The position numbers and the translations under genes are program-made. The notes below the pieces were generated by a model that had not been told where the DNA came from, ran no database searches, and saw nothing but the letters and a program-made list of their open reading frames with translations. Shown here piece by piece: positions 50,148 through 62,607 of a stretch of DNA of 64,000 nt (position 1 is the first letter of the stretch; each line of letters opens with the position of its first letter). Source of the stretch: Octopus sinensis (Eukaryota); the NCBI RefSeq assembly GCF_006345805.1, contig NC_042998.1:192820001-192884000 (forward strand), in the 5' to 3' direction.

Positions 50148-50578
50148 GCGAAAACAATTCGTTGGCAAACTCTGGGAGATTAACAGGGGCTGTTGAATAT
50201 TGAGTTCATTTAAGGGTTAAAACGCGATAGTAGAAGCAGCAGTTGCGAAAAGTTTTATTATTTCATTGTACGTGCATGTATCATGCACAAGTAGTGGCAC
50301 CTGTTTTCGGACATGTATACCTCTGCATAATTTGCTTGGCATATATTTTTTTAAAACGTAGAAACCGTAACAGCTTTTAATTTCTACTCCTATCTCGACC
50401 TTTTTCAGCTGTTGTTTAGGATATTAAAATCGCATGTCTCTATATCATCTGTGTGTGTGTGTGTGTGTGCACGCATGTGTGCGCGTGCACACACGTACAC
50501 GTGGATGTAAGGAAAAAGGTGTTGGAAAAGTTTCTGATCGAAATCGTTGTTTGAAATCTTGCTTTGTTATCGAATGAA

Positions 50579-51020
50579 GGCGCCGAGCTGGCAGAATCGT
50601 TAGCACGCCGGGCGAAATGCGTAGCCGTATTTCGTCTGCCGTTACGTTCTGAGTTCAAATTCAGCCGCGGCCGACTTTGCCTTTCATCTTTTTGGGGTCG
50701 ATAAATTAAGTACCAGTTACGCACTGGGGTCGATGTACTCGATTTAATCCGTCTGTCTGTCCTTGTTTGTCTCCTCTGTGTTTAGCCCCTTGAGGGCAGT
50801 AAAGAAATATGAAATAAGAATCGTTAGCGCGCCGATCAAAATGCTCTACGGTATTTCGTCCGTCTCTGCGTTGTGTGTTCAAATTCCGCTGAAGTCGACT
50901 TTGCCTTTCATCCCTTTCAGGGTTGATAAAATAGGTACCAGTTGAGCCATGGGGTTGGTGTAACTGACTTACCCCTCCTCCCGAACTTGCTGGTCTTGTG
51001 CCAGAATTTGAAACCGATAT
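50579..51020 (+). mobile_element. Family 3 SINE followed by an older related SINE copy
   Basis: 50579-50809 full copy; 50817-51020 diverged copy with a different 3' part. Confidence 0.8.
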
Positions 51021-52240
51021 CATATAGTATCGTTGTGCACTGTGATTATGAAGAGAAGCTACCATGGTATCACTGATATTAGTATGTAATCTTGGCAAAG
51101 TTGTTAAACACTTTGAATTTATTTTAACTTCGGTAGTGTTTGAAAGTGAGAAGTGTTAGAGAAGCTTCAGTTCAGCATCATCAAAAGACTGCGCAAGAAG
51201 AGGTACAGAATGAATGTGACCTTTATATAACTTCGAGAACCATCTTTTTATTATCTGGATTTTCTTGAGAAATAATTAGAAACTTATCTTGTTTTTAGTT
51301 GATGTACTCATACACATGAATAATAATAGACTTTGTGAGTAATCGCAAAAGAAATTGTACTCTGTAATTATATATGTAGATATATAACAAAAACACGAAA
51401 ATGAATGTGGAATCTAACAATACAAATGCCACGTTTTTTGTCTTGACTTCTTTTTTGAATCTGGCAACAAATCAGATGTTTTCTGATTAAATCATAAACT
51501 ACATTTGAATAGGAAATTACCGCAAAAACTAACATGAATCCTTCCAGTGCTCAATTAGCGAATTGTTTTATTAGATTCTTACCTTACATTCACAAACTTT
51601 GTGCTGTAGTCTACAGTCCACAAGAATTCTTGGGTACCAGATATACCGATATGGTCACATAGAATGCGTTTCTTCTGGAAGAGTGTTTTTCAAAACGGAC
51701 CTCCGATATCTGTTAAGTAAGCCCATCTATAACTGTTAAAACTTTGAGTTTCAGATTTTCTTTTTGCCTTTATTTTTTTGTTTGTTTTCTGTTTCCCTTT
51801 TTTGTGTTTTTTTTTTCTATTGGTAGCAAGAGATATATTATTCAATCACATCAACTACAATTATACATTATAAAAACTTCGTCGTTATTATTTAGCCCTA
51901 AGTCAGCTTCGCTCCTGTAGACATTTAATCTTAGGCGTTTCCAGCCATGATCATCTTCTCACACTGTACCTAGAACTATATTATTCAATGCCTCCTTCAT
52001 TTTTTTTTTCTTTTTCAGTTAATAGGGCGTGACTATTAAAGTAAGATTTTATTCTTATTTCTAGCAGATCAACTGTTGGCTCATTTAAAGTATGGGGGAG
52101 GGTCCCACATAAGACGAAATGAATACGATGACATTTTATGTTTTTTTTTTCTTTTTATATTGCTATTAACCAAATAACAACAATAATGGTAGTTGGAAAG
52201 TGGCGTGGGACAAGTAGCCTACTTTTATTGTTTGTTTTAT

Positions 52241-52628
52241 TGCAGTATCGCCCGACGTTGCTCGGATTTGTTTCGACCCTTTAGAATTGGAATTTTTTGA
52301 AAAGTAAAAATTTTGCATAATGTAGCTTGTTATTCTCTTGAAGTGAACATTTTTCTTGTTGAAATACACCGAAAAATGGCGACACAGCAGTAAAAAAAAT
52401 CGTAAAAAACAGGGATTTTCATAGAAAAGAAGCATCTTTTTGATGTAAATAATTTTTGGCCTTAACATGATCCGATATGGATTTTATCTTCTACGGAAGG
52501 AAGAGCAAGCCTTCTTCTATTATACTCTCAATTTTGGTCAACTTGTGCTGCAGGGTCTCGGAAGAGATAGTGTTAGTTGAAGGCTACCAAACCTGCCATA
52601 CACAGACAACTCCAGCTTTATATATAGA
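52241..52628 (-). mobile_element. Non-autonomous Helitron, family A (3' CTAG lost)
   Basis: Matches 47867-48264; flanked by a roughly 52-bp direct repeat. Confidence 0.78.
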
Positions 52629-53340
52629 GGAATTACCTTAATAATAATAATAATGGTAGTTGGAAAGTGACGTGGGACAAGTAGCCTACTTTTATTGTTT
52701 TTTTCTTCTGTCTTTTTATATATATATATTTTTTTTTTGTTTTGAAGTTATCTTTGAAAATTCTCTAAGAGCTTATTATCAGCGAGGGTTTAGCCACCTT
52801 CGAACGTTTTTATTATGTTTGTTTTTTAATCTCATACTAGACAAATATATTTAATTTTATATTGTTTGATCGTTTGACATCTATTTTATTTTCATGCTTT
52901 CTTTTATTATATTGATTGAATTTAACCATTGACTTCTGTGTCACATTAAGTACAAGTTTCCATGGTATATTCCAATTATTATGTCGGTAAAAACAAAAGA
53001 GAAGGTCGTGTCTTTAGATGTTGATGTTTAAATATATATATTTTTTTATTTCCTGTTTACAATGTGTCTAACTTCGCTTAATTTAAAAGAGAGATCTGCC
53101 TAAATTTTAGAATTGAAATAGTTATAAAATACACGGGAATTTGTTACAGTGTACGAGTCGTAACAGAATTTTTCTCTTTATCATCTCTCTACTATTAGCT
53201 TCATCGTTTTATCACCATTACACTGACACATTTATCACACGACGTTTCTATTTTTTATTTATCACTATTAAGCTGTTAACCCAAATTTAACAGCTATTTA
53301 CTTTTTCATTAAATTTAACGCAACCACGCTTTTTTTTTAC

Positions 53341-53375
<35 letters not shown>

Positions 53376-53380
53376 TATAT

Positions 53381-53582
53381 AGGGAGAGTTTGTGAAAACA
53401 AACAAAAGACGAAGACAGGTGATGTACAAAACAAACAGATGTATTAGTATAACGCTCAGGAATAGAAAAAGTCTTTTACGTTTCGAGCCTACGCTCTTCT
53501 ACAGAAAGGGACTCAGAAAAAACAAGGAGAGAAAGAAGGAGAGAAAACATGTGTGTAGTGGCTAACGATCTATCATGGCAAC
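53381..53582 (-). mobile_element. Short PLE-associated repeat with HHR-like motif at 53470-53513 (copy 3 of 3)
   Basis: AGUC-CC-UUU CUGUAGAA GAGC-GUAG-GCUC GAA ACGU A|AAA-GACU; embedded in (TA)n. Confidence 0.72.
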
Positions 53583-53584
53583 TG

Positions 53585-53592
53585 CTATATAT

Positions 53593-53637
<45 letters not shown>

Positions 53638-53694
53638 CATATATATATATATATAATATATATATATATATACATACATACATATATATATAAC

Positions 53695-53725
<31 letters not shown>

Positions 53726-54056
53726 CATACATACATATATATACATACATAATATATATACATACATATATATATACATACATATATATATACATACATA
53801 TATACATACACACATATATATATATACACACATATATATATAATACATATATATATATATATACATACATACATATATATATATACATACAATATATATA
53901 TATACATATATATATACATATATAATACATATATATATACATACATACATATATATATACTATATATATACATTATATATACATATATATATTACATATA
54001 TATATACATATATTATATATATATATACATATATATATATACATATACATATATAT

Positions 54057-54087
<31 letters not shown>

Positions 54088-54098
54088 TACATATATAC

Positions 54099-54194
<96 letters not shown>

Positions 54195-54195
54195 G
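53585..54195. repeat. (TA)/(TACA)n microsatellite
   Basis: Direct reading. Confidence 0.97.
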
Positions 54196-54954
54196 AATGT
54201 ATGTCTAGAATGTATTACTCTTCTACTTTCACTTTCGTTTACCACTACTATTACAACAGTAATAAGCAAAAATTTATCATCACTGTTCTGCAACCATGTA
54301 TTTTTTACAGCTCTTATAATGTTACCTGGTGACTGCCAATACTATATTGTAAACATACATTTGCAAGTCTTTATTTTCGGAGTAAGTTATTACATGTAAA
54401 GTATGCATTGGTTGGTCTTTGTTGTAGCTCTCATGATTCAGTGAATATGAACTTTGATTATATATGTACCTGATTAATTGATTATGCTAACACACGATAT
54501 TGTGTAGTCCGTTATTTAGTACTGCTGCTATATAATCTATATTAATAACCATTGCATTGTTGGAAGGCCACTGAGAGTTTTCTCTGCACGCAGTGTGCTC
54601 AACGGGGCAAATCAGCCTAGTCAAGTACATTCTGCGAACTTATATACGTATGAAACAAGTTGAACGCAGTACTGCGCGTTAGTGGAGCATTGTTGAATGT
54701 CACAATGCTTGTGAAAATTACATTTGTGATCTTGTACCTTGATGCTGTATCTACTGTTTAAATGAACTGGATCATCAGTTTTAGTGACATAGTCACATGC
54801 TACGTAAACTCAACGTTTTCAAATGCCGACCTTTCAATTCGTTGTTTAACGTCTTGTACATTCAGCCCATGTGGCTTTCAGACACATTGTACTGAGGTGT
54901 AAGCAAACAGCGGTCTCTAATCTCGTATAACTAAATAAGTTTGTTAATTTATGG

Positions 54955-55363
54955 TTTACTCTTTTACTTGTTTCAGTCATTTGACTGTGGCCATGCTGGA
55001 GCACCGCCTTTAGTCGAGCAAATCGACCCCAGGACTTATTCTTTGTAAGCCTAGTACTTATTCTATCGGTCTCTTTTGCCGAACTTCTAAGTTACGGAAC
55101 GTAAACACACCAGCATCGGTTGTCAAGTGATGTTGGGGGGGGGAACAGACACACAAACATATACACACAAACATATACACACACATACATATATATACAT
55201 ATATACGACGGGCTTCTTTCAATTTCCGTCTACCAAATCCACTCACAAGGCTTTGGTCGGCCCGAGGCTATAGTAGAGGTCACTTGCCCAAGGTGTCACG
55301 CAGTGGGACTGAACCCGGAACTATGTGGTTGGTAAGCAAGCTACTTACCACACATCCACTCCT
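54955..55363 (-). mobile_element. Family 2 CORE-type SINE
   Basis: Full length. Confidence 0.9.
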
Positions 55364-55600
55364 ATCTACATATCAGTTATATCAAACTGAAATATCTAAC
55401 CGTGCGAAATATTTCCTTTCATATGCTAACCACAACAGTAACTCGCATATTCTTTGTCAGATCATTCTCATTGGCATTATCTTCAACCACCAGAATCCCC
55501 ATCATGATCGTGATTATGATCACATCATCATCATCATCATCATCATCATCATTACAAATATTTCTGCTATGGCTCCTCGTACTAAGATTTCGTTTTCGTT

Positions 55601-56002
55601 GGAGTGGCTGTGTGGTAAGTAGCTTGCTTACCAACCACATGGTTCCGGGTTCAGTCCCACTGCGTGGCATCTTGGGCAAGTGTCTTCTGCTATAGCCCCG
55701 GGCCGACCAAAGCCTTGTGAGTGGATTTGGTAGACGGAAACTGAAAGAAGCCCGTCGTATGTATATATATATATATGAATGTGTGTGTATATGTTTGTGT
55801 GTCTGTGTTTGTTCCCCTAGCATTGCTTGACAACCGATGCTGGTGTGTTTACGTCCCCGTCACTTAGCGGTTCGGCAAAAGAGACCGATAGAATAGTACT
55901 GTACTGGGCTTACAAAGAATAAGTCCCGGGGTCGACTTGCTCGACTAAAGTCAGTGCTCCAGCATGGCCGCAGTCAAATGACTGAAACAAGTAAAAGAGT
56001 AA
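55601..56002 (+). mobile_element. Family 2 CORE-type SINE
   Basis: Full length, inverted relative to 54955-55363. Confidence 0.9.
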
Positions 56003-56567
56003 TGTATGTTACAAAAAATTCCCGTTAAAAGAAATGCTGTCTGTATCTGGTTTTAAAACTTCGGATTATTTTTGTCACCACTCTGCCGCTCTCTTTCGTT
56101 ATAAATCCTATCTCTGCATCAGAATGTATACCACGCTGTTTTACTAATGTCTACAATAGATATTATCGTACAATAACTCATGTGAACGCCTTTAACAACA
56201 TCAGGTTATTATTCTAAATATCATGACATACGTTATCTCTCTGTCTAGATCGTATACTGCCAACATCATGAAAGGATTTTGATTTCATTAAACACACTGA
56301 AGATAATTGAGCACTGATCTATTGTTGATTCTTCAATATTATCTACTCCTCCATTCTCTCCCGCCCACTCTTTTCTTTAAGCAAGAGAATATATGCCATT
56401 TCTGTGTCAAGTGCGGCTATTTGGTAATTATAGCACATCATCTAGTGGCGGATGAAGATTTGATGAATTAAGAATTTATGTTGCATGGTATTTCATACAT
56501 GTTTGTCTATGTGGTCAACTACATGCCACTGACCAACTGAGTTTCTTTCTCTTAGGTCATTGTTGTT

Positions 56568-56641
<74 letters not shown>

Positions 56642-56720
56642 TATTTATGTATATATATACGTATGTATATATGGACATATTTATATGAATGTATGTATAT
56701 ATGTATATATATATACATAT

Positions 56721-56839
56721 GGCCTGTTCGCCTAGCCGGCGGGGTGGCGTTATTTGAAGGCTAAAACAATGCGAAGCGCATTGTGACCAGCGATGTGTAG
56801 CAACATCTGATAGCCTGGTCGGTCACGGTCACGGTCACG

Positions 56840-56843
<4 letters not shown>
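56721..56843 (+). mobile_element. Stand-alone copy of the alternative SINE tail module
   Basis: GGCCTGTTCGCCTAGCC...(GGTCAC)3GGTGATA in (TA)n. Confidence 0.8.
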
Positions 56844-56892
<49 letters not shown>

Positions 56893-58099
56893 GTATGTAT
56901 ATGTGTATATACATCTATGTATATATATGAGTCTATATGTTTGTATATATATATATATATATATATAATAATAATTGTTTCACTAATCCGATAACAACAA
57001 TACAAAGTATGTAGCCCTTAAAACGGTTTTTGTTCATTTACAGAGAATACCGAACTGTCTTACACAGGATCTTGTTTTTAGGAATTACCAATAAGTTATG
57101 GATATCCAAATTGTGAAGTAGGTTACGTAATACCATAAAATTAGTTACCCGATAGTAAGAACACAAATAAAGTAGCCCTGAAAAGAGCTTTATTGCGTCC
57201 CCAGAGTTTATAGAACCTAGGAGGAAATACTAATAAAGTATGTAGACGAAAATCGTGAGGCATTTTACATAATAACAGGTTAATTACATATGAGATAATA
57301 TCAATTCAAAGTAAATAACTGTATGTGGTATGGAAGTGTTTCATTTTTTAATAATTTTAAGCATTCAAAGTATGAGATCATTGTATTGGAACACACTTAT
57401 TCAATAAGTTCTGGAAACAAAAGTTTATCTTCTATCATCGAAAAATTTTAACTGGAAAAATGCAGAATTATCGGAGTTATGGGCATTCAAAGTATAATGA
57501 AATTTTTTGAAAACCATGCATGCATTGCCAGCATTTAGTTATTCGGAGATGTTGCAAGAATGTGTATTAATGCAATATGTAAATTAATTACAGCAATATG
57601 TATATAACAGTTTAGATAATGAATTAGAATAGGCGTTCATGAAAATGTTGTATGAACTGTAAATAAGCAATAAATATTATTATTTCTAAAATAAATATAA
57701 TTGATATAGGTTGTCGCAAGTCAATGTGGTATGGAAGCTAAGTTTCATTTTTTAAAGAATTTTAAGCATTCAAAGTATGAGTTCATTGTACTGGGACAAA
57801 CTTATTGAATTGGAATAAACGTGCGAGTGCAGTGGGTTATTTCCCTTCAGTGTTTAAAACAAAATGTTGTGCAGGTGGTGAGGGTTATTTCCCTTGGGTA
57901 TTTTTTAAAAATATTAGTTAGATATAAAGATCCCTTCCAGGGACCTTATTATCGCTTTTTCAACAATCTAAATATGTCACGGGATTTCCAGACATGATTC
58001 TACTCACGTGTCAAGTTTCATAAAAATTAATAAAATTATGTAGGAGGAATTAGATAACAACCCCACAAACAAACACACACCGATTTTCCACATATGTAG

Positions 58100-58113
58100 C
58101 AGATACATATATA

Positions 58114-58179
<66 letters not shown>

Positions 58180-58261
58180 ATAGTTATCGCCATACTAATA
58201 TATTATTTCCAGGAACGCTGCCGTAATCTCTTTTAGAGAGACTTAGTAATTTTAATATTTC

Positions 58262-58313
<52 letters not shown>

Positions 58314-58630
58314 ATGCATGTATATACATGTATATACATATATATATGCATGTATATATATATATATTGTTGTATGTATATATATAAACATATGTGTATA
58401 CATATATATATATATATGCATATATGTACATATATGTGCATACATGTATATATTTATATTTATATATATATATGTTGTGTGTGTGTGTGTATACACATAT
58501 ATGCTTATTTATATTGAATATATATATGTATGTACATATATATACATATACCTGTATACATATATGTATATATATGTGTGTATGTATGTATGTATGTATA
58601 TATACATATATGTATATGCATATATATGCA
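58100..58630. repeat. (TA)/(TG) microsatellite tracts
   Basis: Direct reading. Confidence 0.93.
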
Positions 58631-58679
58631 CCACATTGAGGAAATACTTAAAGCCTTAGGAACAGGTTCTAAATTTGGT

Positions 58680-59716
58680 TTCATATATCACTTCAGTAAA
58701 GCATTCGACAGTGTTGACCATGATATTTTAATCCCAAAATTGGCATATGTTGGAATCCGTGGAAAACTTCTACACCGGATTAAATATTTCCTGGCGAATA
58801 GAACACATCATTTTGTCGATGGAGTGCACTCAAGCCCAGCAAAAGTCACCAGTGGTGTTCCTCAGGGGACTGTCTTGAGCCAGCTCCTCTTTATAATCTA
58901 CATAAACGACCTTTCCAGCGTCGTAAATCACTGCAAAGTGAAAATTTGAGCGGATACATTTTGGAAGAAATACTATACTATACTAAAACAGCTATACTCT
59001 CTTACTTCAGCATCTAATATTATCAGAGACCTAGGATTAATTGTTGAGAACAATCTCGGTTGGAGAGCCCACATCAACAATAAGGTCGATATAGCTTGTA
59101 ATATGAGCTCCTGGATCTTAAGAACCTTCCGGTCCTTAAAACAAGGTGTCATCAGTTCACATTTCTCCTCCTTTGTATGGCCACACCTCGAATACTGCTG
59201 CCCCCTGTGGTTTCTCCATACAAAACAAAACATCTCGATAATCACCTCAGAGGGCAATCACTAAGCGAATTAAGGGCATGACTGATCTCGATTACTGGGA
59301 CCACCTTGAAACTCTACTCTCTCCAGCACCGCCACGATCGGTACATCATTTGCACGATGTGGAGAATATACCGCCAGCATTGCCCAAATGACTTGAACAT
59401 TAGCTTCCACGTTCACCCAAGGTTGGGACCACGGACCATACGTCCCCTACCCATTTCAGGATCACAACATATAGGAACACTGCGGCACAATTTCTTTACC
59501 TCAACAGGTCCTGCCCTGTTTAACATTGTCCCAAAACTGATCAAAGAGGAAAAGGATGCCATCACCTTCAAACAGAGTCTGGACAGATTTCTTCAAGGAA
59601 TACCAGACAAACCACACGTACCTGAATACAACTGACTCAACAAGAACTCACTACTTGAATGGACCATAATACCACAAAACTTGACTTTAAAAGGATTTAG
59701 GTAATTCTATCGGGTT
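58680..59716 (+). mobile_element. 5'-truncated CR1/Jockey-group LINE (RT to 3' end)
   Basis: FSKAFDSVDHDILI, GVPQGTVLSQLLFIIYINDL, RDLGLIV, WPHLEYCCPLW, LYSLQHRHDRY and FKQSLDRFLQGIPDKP; frameshifts and stops. Confidence 0.92.
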
Positions 59717-59958
59717 TATGTATATACATATATACACACATATATATATACATGTATACATATGTTTATACATATATATATATACGTATATATGTATATA
59801 TATATATATATATATACATATATATATACACATATATACGTATATACATATATGTATATGTATATATATGTGTGTGTGTATATATAAATATGTATATATG
59901 TATATATATATATATGTATAAACATATGTATACATGTATATATATATATATACATATA

Positions 59959-59992
<34 letters not shown>

Positions 59993-60063
59993 CACACAAA
60001 TCTATAGACATATAGTATGTCTCTCTCTATATATGTGTGTGTGTATACATATATATACATATG

Positions 60064-60123
<60 letters not shown>

Positions 60124-60593
60124 TGTAAATATATTTTACAATGCAGCCGGAATTTCGTCTACCTTCACACTATGACACTATGATCCTGAAGTAATTTATA
60201 CATACAGGAAATCTTATGTATGTTTATCAGAAAAAAAATATTTATAAGTCGAAACAACTCCCCAGCATTTTAGGTTTTTTAATAATTGTTTATGTTATAT
60301 GATATTATGTTATATGATATTCATGGTGTATCATATAATATGATATAAATAAATTGGATTGCTAATAGTATCTATTTAATTTATCTTCATAACTGCATTA
60401 TACCTATATTTATATGGTACTCAACGTATATGTATATGTATACCTATGTATATGTGTATATATGTTTATGTGTATATATATATGTATATATATATGCAAA
60501 TATATGTATATATATATTTACTTATATGTATATGTGTATATATGTTTATATGTATATATATATATGTGTGTACATATATATGTGTACATATGT

Positions 60594-60631
<38 letters not shown>

Positions 60632-60881
60632 ACATATATATGTGTACATATGTTTATATGTATATATATATGTATATATATCTATATATACATGTGTGTA
60701 TATATATATGTATGTGTATATGTATATATATATATGTATATATATGTATGTATATATATGCATATATATATATACATGTGTATATATATATTTATGTGTA
60801 TAAATATATATATACACGTTTATATATGTATATATATGCATATGTGTAAATATATGTGTATATATGTATATACATATATAA

Positions 60882-60916
<35 letters not shown>

Positions 60917-61053
60917 TATGTATATATATGTCTGTATATACATATGTCTACATATATGTGTGTATATGTGCGTATATACTTATGTGTACATGTGTGTATA
61001 TACATATGTATATATATATGCATACATATATGTGTACATATATGTGTATATAA

Positions 61054-61132
<79 letters not shown>

Positions 61133-61160
61133 TATATATATATTGATATATACACACATT
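59716..61160. repeat. (TA)/(TG) microsatellite fields (59716-60122 and 60414-61160)
   Basis: Direct reading. Confidence 0.95.
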
Positions 61161-61424
61161 ATCTCAAAGGTATGCATTGCATACGGTAATAATTTTAACT
61201 AATGGACTAAAGACTAAGCCAGTGATTTCTGAGCCTATCTGCTCTCTCCTGTACGCTGTGTTAATAAATTATCGATTATTAAAATTACATTGTCATTCTT
61301 CTCATGCAAGGTGTTTGTTTTATGCCAGCATTTGTTTTAATATATTCGGTAATGTACCTCCAGCTATTGCTCTTTCCGTTGTCCTTTTCCTAGAGACGTG
61401 TAAGTTCTTTTGTATACCTATTTA

Positions 61425-61652
61425 TTTATTACCCACAAGGGGCTAAACATAGATGGGAAAAAACAAGGACAGACATAGGTATTAAGTCGATTCCATCGAC
61501 CCCAGTGCGTAACTGGTACTTAATTTAACGACCCTGAAAGGATGAAAGGCAAAGTCGACCTCGGCGGAATTTGAACTCACAGCGTAACGACAGACGAAAT
61601 ACGGCTACGCATTTCGCCCGCCGTGCAAACGTTTCTGCCAGCTCGCCGCCTT
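61425..61652 (-). mobile_element. Family 3 SINE monomer
   Basis: Full head to tail. Confidence 0.88.
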
Positions 61653-61919
61653 ATTTCTTTTGTATACCGTAGTTCTTTTGTATACCGTAAACGTTCAGCA
61701 GGCAGGTAGATAGAGGAGCTTCGTTACATCATAATACCTGAATATCTTCAGGCGCACTTTTTGGAAGTCAGCGTTGAACTTCCAATAGACTGGAATGTAC
61801 AGTTTAAAGAGATTAAGTACATAGGCGACTTCTCTCGCATTGAGGCATGCTTCTCGGTATGAATAATAACGACGCTATTGTAGCCTTTTAATTATTGGCT
61901 CTTTCCCCAAATACATGCG

Positions 61920-62215
61920 TTCATTGCGTATAAATGTATGTATGTATGTATGTACACATGTGTTTGTGTGTATGTGTATAAATATATCTGTGCACACACA
62001 CACACATACGGATATGTATGTATATACACATGTATGGGTGTATGCATGTAAATATATATATATATATAATATATATATATACGTATATAAAATAAATAGT
62101 AAATAATATATAATATATGTATATATATAGAATAATAAATTGTAAATAGTATAATAGTAAATAGTAATAAGTAATAAATGAATACATACAATAATATTAT
62201 ATATATATGTATGTG

Positions 62216-62261
<46 letters not shown>

Positions 62262-62450
62262 AATAGTATATATATATATATGTGTATATAAGCATATATA
62301 TATATATATATAATATATATATATATATATTGTAAATAGTATATAATATATGTGTATATAAGCATATATATATATATATATATATATTGTAAATAGTATA
62401 TAATATATGTGTATATAAGCATATATATATATATATATATACATACATAT
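61920..62450. repeat. (TA)/(TG)/(TAA) microsatellite field
   Basis: Direct reading. Confidence 0.95.
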
Positions 62451-62540
62451 ATGGGTACAGGACACCACCAACATGCAAATAACATGAAATACGTAAACAA
62501 CGTGAACAAATGGAAAGCAGGACAAGTAAACTCAGAAAAA

Positions 62541-62607
62541 GGACTCTTCATCAGTTGTTGGCTGTCTATCTACTCCTCATTTCGAGCATTCAACAACAAT
62601 ATGAGTC
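62541..62607 (-). ncRNA. Candidate rearranged (non-circularly permuted) hammerhead ribozyme
   Basis: GA CUCAU A|UUGUUG UUGAAU GCUC GAA AUGAG GAGUAGAUAGACAGC CAACAA CUGAUGA A GAGU: helix III AUGAG/CUCAU, helix I UUGUUG/CAACAA, helix II GAGU/GCUC; canonical core. Confidence 0.6.
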
